This document shows, piece by piece, positions 1 through 8,727 of a DNA stretch of 64,000 nucleotides; position 1 is the stretch's first letter; each line of letters starts with the position of its first letter. Source of the DNA: an uncultured Actinomycetes bacterium (GTDB lineage: Bacteria; Actinomycetota; Thermoleophilia; Gaiellales; JAICJC01); NCBI GenBank assembly GCA_963709425.1, contig CAVPWG010000006.1, positions 121,913 through 185,912 on the forward strand, read 5' to 3'. Below the pieces are notes generated by a model. That model was given only the letters and a program-made list of their open reading frames with translations, was not told where the DNA came from and made no database searches. The position numbers and the translations under genes were made by a program.

Positions 1-968
1 ACCGCCGTCCCGAAGTGGCCGCCGACGAAGAGGCGCGTACCGTCGGGGGACATGACGAGGCTCTCGTCGTTTCCGACCGTGCTGAACCGCCAGACCTGCG
101 TGCCGACGCTGCCGTTGTCGAGCCGAAAGGCGGCCGAGTAGTTCGGGCCCCGGCCAAAGCCGCCATAAAGGCGGTTGCCGACCGGCAGGAGCGCCCAGGC
201 AACCTGCGGGGCGACGATGACGCCGGAAGGGATCGCCCACGGGTCGAGCGAACCGGTGTCGAGCGAGACACGGGCGACGGAGACGCGCGAGACGCCATCC
301 ATCGTCGTGAAGTTGCCGCCCACGAACAGCGTCGTGCCGTCGGGCGCGAGCGCCATCGAGCGGACGTTGTTGTTGGCGACCGCCGCGAACGTGCTCGAGA
401 CCGAGCCGTCCTGGTTCAACGCGACGATGTTGCCCTTCGGTTGTCCGTCCACTTGCTTGAACGCGCCGCCGACGTAGATCAGGTTCGGGCCGACCAGGAT
501 GACGTGCACCTGGTTCCCGAAGGCGTGCGTGAACGCGGGATCGACCGCGCCGGTGGTCGTCGACACCGCCGCGAAGTTCTTAACAGGTGTGCCATTGATG
601 AAATCGAACTTCCCGCCGATGTACAGCGTCGAGCCGTCGGCTGACACGCCGAGGGCGTTCACCTGACCGGCGGCGCCCGTGGACGTGGTGATGATCGGTC
701 CCCATCCGGGGATCCCGACTCCCGTCGTCGCGTCGATCTTACCGACGCTCTTCACCTTGATCTTCGGCGTCCCGCCCTGCGCACGCAGGAGGCCGAACTT
801 GCCGCCCACGTAAAGCGTGTTCCCGCTCAGGGTGAGCGCTTTCACCTTCCCGTTCGTCTCCCACGCCGACGTATCAGCCGTCGCGCTGAGCGCGAAGGCC
901 GGAGACGCGGTCGCTGCGACCGCGCCGACGGCGGCCATGGCAACAAGTGCCAGTCGCTTGACGGACAT
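1..968 (-). CDS. Secreted beta-propeller repeat protein (3' end outside the window); paralogue of 1759..2901
   Basis: Not in the ORF track. Manual translation from ATG 968 (RBS GAGGAGG upstream): MSVKRLALVAMAAVGAVAATASPAFA signal peptide, then repeated LY(V/I)GG(K/A/N)F blades; the frame stays open to the window edge. Confidence 0.8.
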   Translation of the reverse strand, partial: MSVKRLALVAMAAVGAVAATASPAFALSATADTSAWETNGKVKALTLSGNTLYVGGKFGLLRAQGGTPKIKVKSVGKIDATTGVGIPGWGPIITTSTGAAGQVNALGVSADGSTLYIGGKFDFINGTPVKNFAAVSTTTGAVDPAFTHAFGNQVHVILVGPNLIYVGGAFKQVDGQPKGNIVALNQDGSVSSTFAAVANNNVRSMALAPDGTTLFVGGNFTTMDGVSRVSVARVSLDTGSLDPWAIPSGVIVAPQVAWALLPVGNRLYGGFGRGPNYSAAFRLDNGSVGTQVWRFSTVGNDESLVMSPDGTRLFVGGHFGTA

Positions 969-1158
969 TCCGCTATTCCCCCTCCTCGAAACTCCCACAC
1001 ACACCGGCCTAGGCCAGCCCGACGCCGATCGGCCGCGAGGCGGATCTCTCGGCGCATCCATTTTGCGGCAAGTTTAGGAATCCGTCAACCAGTTGTTGTG
1101 AAAACGTGGGTTTCCACACCGAGGTCGCGAGGATGAGGGTCGGCGGTATCCTTGAACC

Positions 1159-1716
1159 GTGAGCGATCACGTGACTGCCGGGGAGGCAGGGTTCTTCGCG
1201 ACCCAGATGGGCGTCGGGCATCCCAACATCCTCCCGACGACGGTGTGCGCGGTCGTCGAGCACGGTGGCGAGCTCCTGATGGTCCGCCAGCTGAACCGCG
1301 ACGGTGAGGAGCGGTGGAACTTCCCGACCGGCTGGATGGAGCCCGTGGACGAGGATGGCCGCGTCCAGCTCCCCGAGCACTCGGTCAACCGAAACCTTCT
1401 CGTCGAGACCGGCTACGCCGCGTCCGACGCCCACCTGATCGGCGTCTCGCTCGTGCGTGAGCACGACCCGGACGGCCACCGGGTCGGCACGTCATTGCGC
1501 CTGAACTATGTGTGCGAGCAATTGCGCCAGACCAGCTACGCTGTCAACGACCCGGACATCCTGGGGGCACCGGAATGGTTCACGCCGGAGCAGATCGACG
1601 ACCTGATCGCACGGACACAGGTCAAGGGGGAGCTCACGGCGGCGGCTTTCCGCCACTGGCGGACCTACCGGGCGGGTGGGAAAATGTCTGCTGATATCGT
1701 TGACATTCCCAACTGA
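1159..1716 (+). CDS. Nudix-fold protein with degenerate Nudix box
   Basis: WNFPTGWME...VNRNLLVETGY resembles GX5EX7REUXEEXGU with Glu substitutions; TATCCT -10 box 6 nt before the GTG. Confidence 0.7.
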   Translation: MSDHVTAGEAGFFATQMGVGHPNILPTTVCAVVEHGGELLMVRQLNRDGEERWNFPTGWMEPVDEDGRVQLPEHSVNRNLLVETGYAASDAHLIGVSLVREHDPDGHRVGTSLRLNYVCEQLRQTSYAVNDPDILGAPEWFTPEQIDDLIARTQVKGELTAAAFRHWRTYRAGGKMSADIVDIPN

Positions 1717-1758
1717 CGCTTTAGTCTCGTTGTAACTGATAACCACGGGAGGGCAATC

Positions 1759-2901
1759 TTGCGGCGTGTTCTAATGATTATGGCTGCGGCCGGCTTTTTG
1801 GTCGCCGCGGCTCCGGCTCAGGCGGCGCTCGTGGGCGAGGCGCCCGCCAGCTCTTGGCAGACCGACGGCAAGGTGAACGCCATCGTCGTCGCCAACGGCA
1901 AGATCTACATCGGCGGCAGCTTCACGCACGTCACCCCGCCGGGAGGCGGCGCGGCCGTCGCCCGCAACCACCTGGCGGCGCTCGACGCGCACACGGGCGC
2001 CCTGAAGCCGTGGAACCCGGGCGCGAACGACATCGTGAACGCGCTCGCAGTGAAGCCGAACGGCAAGACCATCTACGCCGGCGGCCACTTCACGAAGGTG
2101 CACGGCGCCGCCCGGCTGCACGTGGCGGCGATCAACGCCACCTCGAGCACGCTGCGGCCCTGGAAGGCCAACGCTGGCGGCAAGGTCGACGTCATCGTGG
2201 CGACGAGGAGCCGCGTCTACATCGGCGGCACGTTCACGACGCTCAAGGGCCACACCCGCAACCGGCTGGGTGCCGTCTCCGCCGGCTCCTCGGCGGCGCT
2301 GATCGGTTGGACGCCCCATGCCAGCTCCGAGGTCTACTCGCTGCAGCTCTCTGCCACCGGCAAGCGCATCTATGTCGGCGGTGCCTTCGACCACATGAAC
2401 GGTAAGGCCGCCAACCACCTCTCCGCGATCAAGACGGCCGGCGCGGGCGCCATCGCCAAGAAGTTCCACTTCCACCCGAACTACCCGGTGTTCTCGCTGC
2501 GGCTCGCGGGCCAGACGCTGTACGTCGGCGGCGCCGGCAACGGCGGGCACGTCACGGCCGTCAACTTCAAGACCAGCCACGCCAGGTGGGACGTCCTCAC
2601 GGACGGCGACGTCCGGGCGATCACGCTCCGCCAGGGCATCGTCTACGTCGGCGGCCACTTCAACAACTACTGCCAGGGCCACACGGGCACCGGCACGCCG
2701 CTCACCTGCACCACCAACGTCGGGCGGCGCAAGTTCCTGGCGGTGAACCAGGCGACCGGTCACCTGACGAACTGGAACCCGGTCGGGAACAGCGTCCAGG
2801 GCGTGTTCGCGATCCGCAGCAACAAGTCCCAGGTCATGGCGGGCGGTTCGTTCACCTCCGTCCACGGCCAGGCGCAGCAGGGCTTCGTCCGCTTCACCTA
2901 G
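1759..2901 (+). CDS. Secreted beta-propeller repeat protein
   Basis: Signal peptide ending in AQA; about 7 repeats of (I/V)Y(I/V)GGxF; RBS GGGAGG before the TTG. Confidence 0.8.
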   Translation: MRRVLMIMAAAGFLVAAAPAQAALVGEAPASSWQTDGKVNAIVVANGKIYIGGSFTHVTPPGGGAAVARNHLAALDAHTGALKPWNPGANDIVNALAVKPNGKTIYAGGHFTKVHGAARLHVAAINATSSTLRPWKANAGGKVDVIVATRSRVYIGGTFTTLKGHTRNRLGAVSAGSSAALIGWTPHASSEVYSLQLSATGKRIYVGGAFDHMNGKAANHLSAIKTAGAGAIAKKFHFHPNYPVFSLRLAGQTLYVGGAGNGGHVTAVNFKTSHARWDVLTDGDVRAITLRQGIVYVGGHFNNYCQGHTGTGTPLTCTTNVGRRKFLAVNQATGHLTNWNPVGNSVQGVFAIRSNKSQVMAGGSFTSVHGQAQQGFVRFT

Positions 2902-2929
2902 GCCGGCGAGTCTGACACGAAGCGCACCA

Positions 2930-2956
2930 CGCGGCGGGGGCCCAGCCCCCGCCGCG
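2930..2956. terminator. GC-rich hairpin between convergent genes, probable bidirectional terminator
   Basis: CGCGGCGGGGGC-CCA-GCCCCCGCCGCG, a perfect 12-bp stem; no U-tract. Confidence 0.6.
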
Positions 2957-2961
2957 GCGCG

Positions 2962-4023
2962 TTAAGGGGCGTGTCCCTCGAGGCCGGCGATGACGTCGAG
3001 CAGGAAGGCCGTGGCCACCGCTCCGTCGACCACCCGGTGGTCGAACGTGCACGAGACGAGCCCGATGTCCCGCACCAGGATGGCTCCGTCGATCACCGCC
3101 GGCCGGGGGGCGATGCGGTGGACGCCGAGGATGGCAACCTCGGGGTGATTAACCAGCGGCGTGGCGAAGAGCCCGCCCAGGCGGCCGGCGCTCGAGACCG
3201 TGAACGTCGAGCCGCGCAGCTGCTCCGGCGTCAGCCTGCCCGCCGCAGCCGCCGCCCCGAGCGCCGAGACCTCGTCCGCGAGCTCGTCGACCGTCTTCGA
3301 TCGAGCGTCGCGCACGACGGGAACGACCAGCCCGGCCTCGGTCTGCATCGCGACGCCGAGGTGGGCGTCGTCGAGGTAGACGATCTCGTTGCGGTCGAGC
3401 CGGGCGTTCAAGGCCGGATGCCGGCCAAGGGCGTCGGCCGTGGCGTGCAACACGAACGGCAGGTAGCTGAGCTCGCCCCGTGTCAGCGAGAGGTGGGTGA
3501 AGTCGCACTCCTCGACCACGGTCACGGCCGGCACCTCGCGATGCGAGCGGGCCAGGTGCTCGGCGATCGCGCGCCTGACGCCGCGCAGCGGCTCGCGCCG
3601 CCCGCCCACCGGCCCAGACGCGGAACGCACGGCAGCCTCGGTCACCGGACCGTCCTCCGCCAGCGCCGCGAGGTCGACCCCCAGCTCCGCAGCGAGCCGG
3701 CGCACGGCCGGCGTCGCCTGCACGCGCGGGGGCGGCGACGCCGCGTCCGGCGCTGCAACATTGGGGTCTGACCCCGTCTTTGCATCGGCGGAGCCGATCA
3801 CGACGAGGAGCTCGCCCACCGGGACGACGGCGCCCTCCTCGGCGAGGATGCGGCTCACGACGCCGGCCGCCGGCGACGGCACCTCGACGGTCGCCTTGTC
3901 GGTCTGGATCTCGACGAGCAGGTCGTCCTCGGCGATCTCGTCGCCGACGGCGACCCGCCAGCGGACGATCTCGCCCTCGGCGACGCCCTCTCCCAGGTCG
4001 GGCATGCGGAACTCGTAGGGCAC
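2962..4023 (-). CDS. 2-oxoacid dehydrogenase E2 (dihydrolipoamide acyltransferase)
   Basis: Lipoyl domain (MPDLGEG...QTDKA), E3-binding ATPAVRRLA, catalytic DHRVVDG; GTG overlaps the E1beta stop. Confidence 0.92.
   Translation of the reverse strand: MPYEFRMPDLGEGVAEGEIVRWRVAVGDEIAEDDLLVEIQTDKATVEVPSPAAGVVSRILAEEGAVVPVGELLVVIGSADAKTGSDPNVAAPDAASPPPRVQATPAVRRLAAELGVDLAALAEDGPVTEAAVRSASGPVGGRREPLRGVRRAIAEHLARSHREVPAVTVVEECDFTHLSLTRGELSYLPFVLHATADALGRHPALNARLDRNEIVYLDDAHLGVAMQTEAGLVVPVVRDARSKTVDELADEVSALGAAAAAGRLTPEQLRGSTFTVSSAGRLGGLFATPLVNHPEVAILGVHRIAPRPAVIDGAILVRDIGLVSCTFDHRVVDGAVATAFLLDVIAGLEGHAP
3754..3784. repeat. Palindromic REP-like element (GGGGTCTGACCCC core), in frame within the E2 linker
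   Basis: Its reverse complement TGCAAAGACGGGGTCAGACCCC matches the copy at 46426 over 22 nt. Confidence 0.7.
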
Positions 4024-4985
4024 TAGAACGACAGTACCCGGTTCACCGCGTCGAGCACACGCTCCGGGGACGGCAGGTAGGCGTCCTCGATCGTCCAGTA
4101 CGGGTACGGGACGTCGTAGCCCGTCACGCGCACGATCGGTCCGCGCAGGTCGAGGATCGCCTTCTCGGCGAGGACGGCCGCGACCTCGGCCGCGAAGCCG
4201 GCGACGCGCGGAGCCTCGGCGACGACCACCGCACGGCCGGTGCGGCCCACCGACTCGAGCAGGGCCGGCTCGTCGAGCGGTTTCAGCGAGCGCAGGTCGA
4301 GCACCTCGACCGACGCGTCGGCTCGGTCGGCCGCCGCCTCGGCGACGGCGACCATGGCGCCGTAGGCGATCACCGTCACATCGGAGCCGGAGCGGGCGAT
4401 GCGGGCCTTCCCGAGCGGCACCACATGCTCGCCCTCCGGCACCTCGCCGCGCGCCGTCCGGTAGATGAGCTTGGGTTCGAGCACGACCACGGGATCGGCG
4501 TCGCGGATCGCCGCGGCGAGCAGGCCCTTGGCGTCGGCCGGCGTCGACGGGATCGCCACCTTGATCCCCGGTGTGTGCACGTAGTACGCCTCCGGCGAGT
4601 CGTCGTGCAGCTCCGGCGCGCGCACCCGCCCGCCGTACGGCATCCGCACGGTGATCGGGAATTCCATCGCGCCACCCGTGCGCCAGCGGTAGCGGCCGAC
4701 GTGGCAGATGAGCTGGTCGAGGCAGGGGTAGGAGAAGGCGTCGTACTGCATCTCGCACACGGGCCGGAAGCCCGCCATGGCGAGCCCGACGGCCGCCCCA
4801 AGGATGCCCGCCTCGGCGAGCGGCGTGTCGACGCAGCGGTCGCTCCCGAACCGGTCGCGTAGGCCGGCGGTGGCCCGGAACACCCCGCCCAGCGTCCCGA
4901 CGTCCTCGCCCATCACCATCACCGACGGGTCGCGCTCCATCTCGGTGTGGAGCCCGTCGTTGACCGCCTCGACGAGCGTCTTCAT
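4023..4985 (-). CDS. 2-oxoacid dehydrogenase E1 beta subunit
   Basis: GEDVG..GGVFRAT, DTPLAEAGI and EPK motifs; ATG overlaps the E1alpha stop. Confidence 0.93.
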   Translation of the reverse strand: MKTLVEAVNDGLHTEMERDPSVMVMGEDVGTLGGVFRATAGLRDRFGSDRCVDTPLAEAGILGAAVGLAMAGFRPVCEMQYDAFSYPCLDQLICHVGRYRWRTGGAMEFPITVRMPYGGRVRAPELHDDSPEAYYVHTPGIKVAIPSTPADAKGLLAAAIRDADPVVVLEPKLIYRTARGEVPEGEHVVPLGKARIARSGSDVTVIAYGAMVAVAEAAADRADASVEVLDLRSLKPLDEPALLESVGRTGRAVVVAEAPRVAGFAAEVAAVLAEKAILDLRGPIVRVTGYDVPYPYWTIEDAYLPSPERVLDAVNRVLSF

Positions 4986-6058
4986 TCGCCCTCCGCGAGG
5001 ATGCGCAGGAGCTCGGCGCGCTCGGCGACGAGCTGCGGCGGCGGCTCGGCATAGGCGGTGTCGAAGACCAGCGCCGGATCCGGGGCCGGCAGGGCCTCGG
5101 CAGCGGCGATCCCCTCCCGCATGGCGGCGAGCGCGTCGGCGCGCACGGCCTCGGTGAGCTCGTCGGTCAGGATCCCGCGCCGACGCAGGTAGCCCTCGTA
5201 GCGCGCCAGGCACTCGTTGCGGCGCTCCTCCTCGACCCGGGCCTCGTCGATGTAGAGCGACGGGTCATCGGCGGTCGCGTGCGGCGCCATGCGGTACGTC
5301 ACCGCCTCGATGAGGGTGGGCCCCTCCCCCGCCCGCGCGCGATCCACGGCCTGGCGGGTCGCCTCGTAGACCGCGAGCACGTCGCCGCCGTCGACTCGGA
5401 CGCCGGGCATCCCGTACCCGACCGCCTTGTCGGCCAGCGTCGCAGCCCGGGTCTGGGCGGCGATCGGCGTCGAGATCGCCCACCCGTTGTTGTTGCAGAG
5501 GAGCACGAGCGGGGCGTCCATCACCGCCGCGAAGTTGGCGCCCTCGTGGAAGGCCCCCTCCGACGTCGCGCCGTCGCCGAAGTAGCAGACCGCGCAGCTC
5601 CGCTCCCCGCGCAGGCGAAGGCCCCACGCCAGGCCCGCCGCGTGTGGCACGTGGGTCGCGATGGGCACGCAGATCGAGGCCACCTTCCGCTCGCGCGGGT
5701 CCCACCACCCGGCGGGATGCCCGCGCCACCAGGCCAGGATCGTGGCGGGCTCCATGCCGCGCAGAAGGCCGATCGCCGACTCGCGGTACGACGGGAACAC
5801 CCAGTCGTCGGCGCCGAGGGCGTGCACCGACCCGGCCTGGATCGCCTCGGTGCCCCAGAAGATCGCGTACGTGCCGATCCGGCCCTGGCGGTGGTAGGTC
5901 ACCGAGCGCTCGTCGTAGGTGCGAAGCAGCACCATCGACCGGTGGATTGCGAGAAGGCCGGCGTCGTCGAGACCCTCGACGTCGGCGTCCGGGTGCCCCG
6001 CACCATCGCCGATCACGCGACGCAGCTCGGGCACGGCCGGCGAGGGCTCCACGCGCAT
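4982..6058 (-). CDS. 2-oxoacid dehydrogenase E1 alpha subunit (ThDP-dependent)
   Basis: GDGATSEG...NNGWAIS ThDP motif, TYRMAPHATADDP; alternative start at 6070. Confidence 0.93.
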   Translation of the reverse strand: MRVEPSPAVPELRRVIGDGAGHPDADVEGLDDAGLLAIHRSMVLLRTYDERSVTYHRQGRIGTYAIFWGTEAIQAGSVHALGADDWVFPSYRESAIGLLRGMEPATILAWWRGHPAGWWDPRERKVASICVPIATHVPHAAGLAWGLRLRGERSCAVCYFGDGATSEGAFHEGANFAAVMDAPLVLLCNNNGWAISTPIAAQTRAATLADKAVGYGMPGVRVDGGDVLAVYEATRQAVDRARAGEGPTLIEAVTYRMAPHATADDPSLYIDEARVEEERRNECLARYEGYLRRRGILTDELTEAVRADALAAMREGIAAAEALPAPDPALVFDTAYAEPPPQLVAERAELLRILAEGE

Positions 6059-6067
6059 GCTGGCCCG

Positions 6068-6090
6068 CATCGTAGTCCGAGACTACGATG
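6068..6090. promoter_or_regulatory. Perfect inverted repeat forming back-to-back -10 boxes or an operator between divergent operons
   Basis: CATCGTAGTC-CGA-GACTACGATG; TACGAT occurs on both strands. Confidence 0.6.
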
Positions 6091-6996
6091 TGGTTCGTGA
6101 CCACCGAGGCCGAGTTCCTCGAGCACGTCCAGTCGGGAGGGGTCGTCGAGTCGGGCGACCCGATGCCCGACGAGTACCGCTCGCTGCTCGCGAAGTTCAT
6201 CGCCATGCACGGCAACTCGGAGCTGATGGGCGTCCTCCCCGAGCGCGACTGGATCCTGCGCGCGCCGACGCTCCAGCGCAAGCTCGCACTCACCGCCAAG
6301 GTGCAGGACGAGGTCGGTCACGCACAACTCATCTACCGGGTGTGCGAGGACCTCGGCACGCCCCGCGAGGCGCTGCTCGACGACCTGCTGGAGGGCCGGG
6401 CGAAGTTCCACAACGTCTTTCATTACCCAACTCGCACCTGGGGAGATGTCGGCGTCATCGCGTGGCTCATCGACGCCGCCGCGATCGTGTCGCAGAAGGC
6501 GCTCCTCAAGTGCTCGTACGCCCCGTACGCGCGGATCATGAAGAAGATCTGCTGGGAGGAGTCCTTCCACATCCTTCACGGCCGCGACGTGATCCTGGCC
6601 ATGATGAACGGGACCGACGAGCAGCGCGAGCTGGTGCAGGAGGCGGTCATCCGTTGGTGGGGGCCGATCATGCAGTTCCACGGCACCCGGATGCCGGCCG
6701 AGAGCGACCTCGTCCTCCAGTACCGCATCAAGACCAAGGACAACGAGTCGCTGCGGCAGGAGTTCCTGGACGGCTACGTCCCGCAGGTCCGCGAGCTCGG
6801 GCTCGAGATCCCCGACCCGGCCCTCCGCTACGACGACGGCCAGGGCCGGTGGCTCTACACCGAGCCCGACTGGGACGAGCTCCGCCGGGTGGTGTCGGGC
6901 CATGGGCCGGCGAGCGCCGACCGGCTCGAGCTGCGCCGGCGCATGCGCGACGCGAACGCCTGGGTGCGGCGCGCGGTGCTCGCCGACGCCGCATGA
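6088..6996 (+). CDS. paaA: Phenylacetyl-CoA 1,2-epoxidase subunit A (start may be GTG 6097)
   Basis: NSELMG, RAPTLQRK, AKVQDEVGH and EESFH diiron motifs. Confidence 0.93.
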   Translation: MWFVTTEAEFLEHVQSGGVVESGDPMPDEYRSLLAKFIAMHGNSELMGVLPERDWILRAPTLQRKLALTAKVQDEVGHAQLIYRVCEDLGTPREALLDDLLEGRAKFHNVFHYPTRTWGDVGVIAWLIDAAAIVSQKALLKCSYAPYARIMKKICWEESFHILHGRDVILAMMNGTDEQRELVQEAVIRWWGPIMQFHGTRMPAESDLVLQYRIKTKDNESLRQEFLDGYVPQVRELGLEIPDPALRYDDGQGRWLYTEPDWDELRRVVSGHGPASADRLELRRRMRDANAWVRRAVLADAA

Positions 6997-7271
6997 TCTG
7001 GGAGGTCTTCCGGCAGGAGCGGGACGGAGCCGCCTTCGCCCACGCCGGGTCGCTCGAGGCTGCCGACGAGGCGTTCGCACGAGCCTACGCGCACGAGCTC
7101 TACGGCCGCCGCAACGAGTCACGGGCGCTGTGGCTCGTCCCCCGCGGCGAGGTGCGGACCGTCGACGAGTTCATCGACGAGTTCGAGCGCAACTACCGGC
7201 GCGTGGATGGCTACTCGCTCAAGTCGCGGCTGCGGGAGGCGCGTGAGCGCGCGGGCACCCAGCCGGACTGA
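6993..7271 (+). CDS. paaB: Phenylacetyl-CoA epoxidase subunit B
   Basis: MIWEVFRQ...HAGSLEA...YGRRNE..LWLVPR; ATGA overlap with paaA. Confidence 0.88.
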   Translation: MIWEVFRQERDGAAFAHAGSLEAADEAFARAYAHELYGRRNESRALWLVPRGEVRTVDEFIDEFERNYRRVDGYSLKSRLREARERAGTQPD

Positions 7272-7929
7272 CCTCCTCCTCGCCGCCGCGGACGACGAGC
7301 TGATCCTGGGCTGGCGCGACTCGGAGTGGACCGGCATCGCCCCGTCGCTCGAGGAGGACGTCGCCTTCTCGTCGATCGCTCAGAACGAGATCGGCCACGC
7401 CCGGGCGCTGTACGAGCTGGCGGCGCGCGAGCTTGGAGGCGACGCCGACGCGCTCGCCTTCGACCGTCGGCCGGCAGACTACCGCTGCTGCCCGCTGGTC
7501 GAGCTGCGCCGGCTCGACTGGGCCGACACGATCGCCCGCCACTGGCTCTACGAGACGGCCGACGCCGTCCGCATCGAGGACATGGCCGCGTCCGACTGGC
7601 AGGAGCTCGCCGGCCTGGCCCGCAAGATCGAGCGCGAGGAGACCTATCACCGCCTGCACGCCGACATGTGGGTGCGGCGCCTCGGCAACGGCGAGGAGCG
7701 GCCGCGGATCCGGACGGCCCTCGACGCCCTCTGGCCCTACGCGCTGGGGATCCTCGACGGCGCGCTGCGCGAGCGGTTCCGCGAGCGCGTCGCCGGCGCG
7801 CTCGCGTGGTTCGACGTGGCCGGCGAGCCGGGCGCCGAGCACGCCCGCGGGACGCACACCGACGAGCTCGCGCCGTTGTGGGACGAGATGACCATGGTTC
7901 GCCGCTCGGTTCCCGGTGCGCAATGGTGA
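7243..7929 (+). CDS. paaC: Phenylacetyl-CoA epoxidase subunit C
   Basis: ADDELILG.RDSEWTG.AP.LEEDVA, NEIGHAR, EETYH. Confidence 0.92.
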   Translation: MSARAPSRTDLLLAAADDELILGWRDSEWTGIAPSLEEDVAFSSIAQNEIGHARALYELAARELGGDADALAFDRRPADYRCCPLVELRRLDWADTIARHWLYETADAVRIEDMAASDWQELAGLARKIEREETYHRLHADMWVRRLGNGEERPRIRTALDALWPYALGILDGALRERFRERVAGALAWFDVAGEPGAEHARGTHTDELAPLWDEMTMVRRSVPGAQW

Positions 7930-8408
7930 CGGCAGAGGGCGTGTGGGAAGCGCTGTCCGCGCTTCCCGATCCGGAGATCCCGGTGGTGTCGCTCGTCGAG
8001 CTCGGCGTCGTCCGCGACGTCGCCGTCGACGGCGACCAGGTCACGATCGAGTTCACGCCGACCTTCCTGGGCTGCCCCGCGCTCGAGGTGATGCGCGACC
8101 GCATGGCGGACGCCGTCCGCGACCTGGGCGGGACACCCGACGTCCGCGTGGTGCTCGACGATTCGTGGAGCACCGACCGGATCACCCCGGAGGGACGTGC
8201 CAAGCTGCGCGAGGCCGGCTTCGCGCCGCCCCTGCCCCGCGCCGCCGGCGAGCCGGCGCTCGTGCAGCTCCAGGCGAGAGCGTTTCGGTGCCCGTACTGC
8301 GGATCGGCCGAGACCCATCTCGAGAACCTGTTCGGGCCGACACCGTGCCGCTCGATCCGCTACTGCGACGCCTGCCGGCAGCCGTTCGAGCAGTTCAAGA
8401 CCATCTGA
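7923..8408 (+). CDS. paaD: Phenylacetyl-CoA epoxidase subunit D
   Basis: DPEIPV.S..ELG, TPTFLGCP, CPYCGS...CRS..YC..CRQPFE.FK. Confidence 0.92.
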   Translation: MVTAEGVWEALSALPDPEIPVVSLVELGVVRDVAVDGDQVTIEFTPTFLGCPALEVMRDRMADAVRDLGGTPDVRVVLDDSWSTDRITPEGRAKLREAGFAPPLPRAAGEPALVQLQARAFRCPYCGSAETHLENLFGPTPCRSIRYCDACRQPFEQFKTI

Positions 8409-8727
8409 GGGTACGTTTCAGGTTTCTTGGCCCATTTAGGCCCTTGTTGTCCGTGTCACTGGGCGGCAGCAGCAGCCCCTAACTGGACGGGGCAGGCCGA
8501 TGCTTGTCGAGATTACGAATCCGCGCCGAGGTGGATGTCGAACGCATAGATCGCATACGAGTCGATGCTGACACGAGCGTCCCCACCCTCTCAAGATGCG
8601 CGCCCAACACGGGTCGCCCCAACAGCGGTGATTCGCTCGTGGATTCACCCCGTGGCTGCCTGTGCGTTGGACGGGTGATGCGCCAACTGTGAACTGGACG
8701 GTCCGGAGCGAGCGGCTCAGGGTTGTG

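Noticed and set aside
2962-5213. 696-aa and 396-aa ORFs suggesting N-terminally extended E2 and E1beta
   Set aside because: The extensions are off-frame read-through over the upstream genes; the real starts overlap the upstream stops at 4023 and 4985
8538-8555. TCGAAC half-site resembling an SOS box
   Set aside because: The second half-site GTTCG is absent
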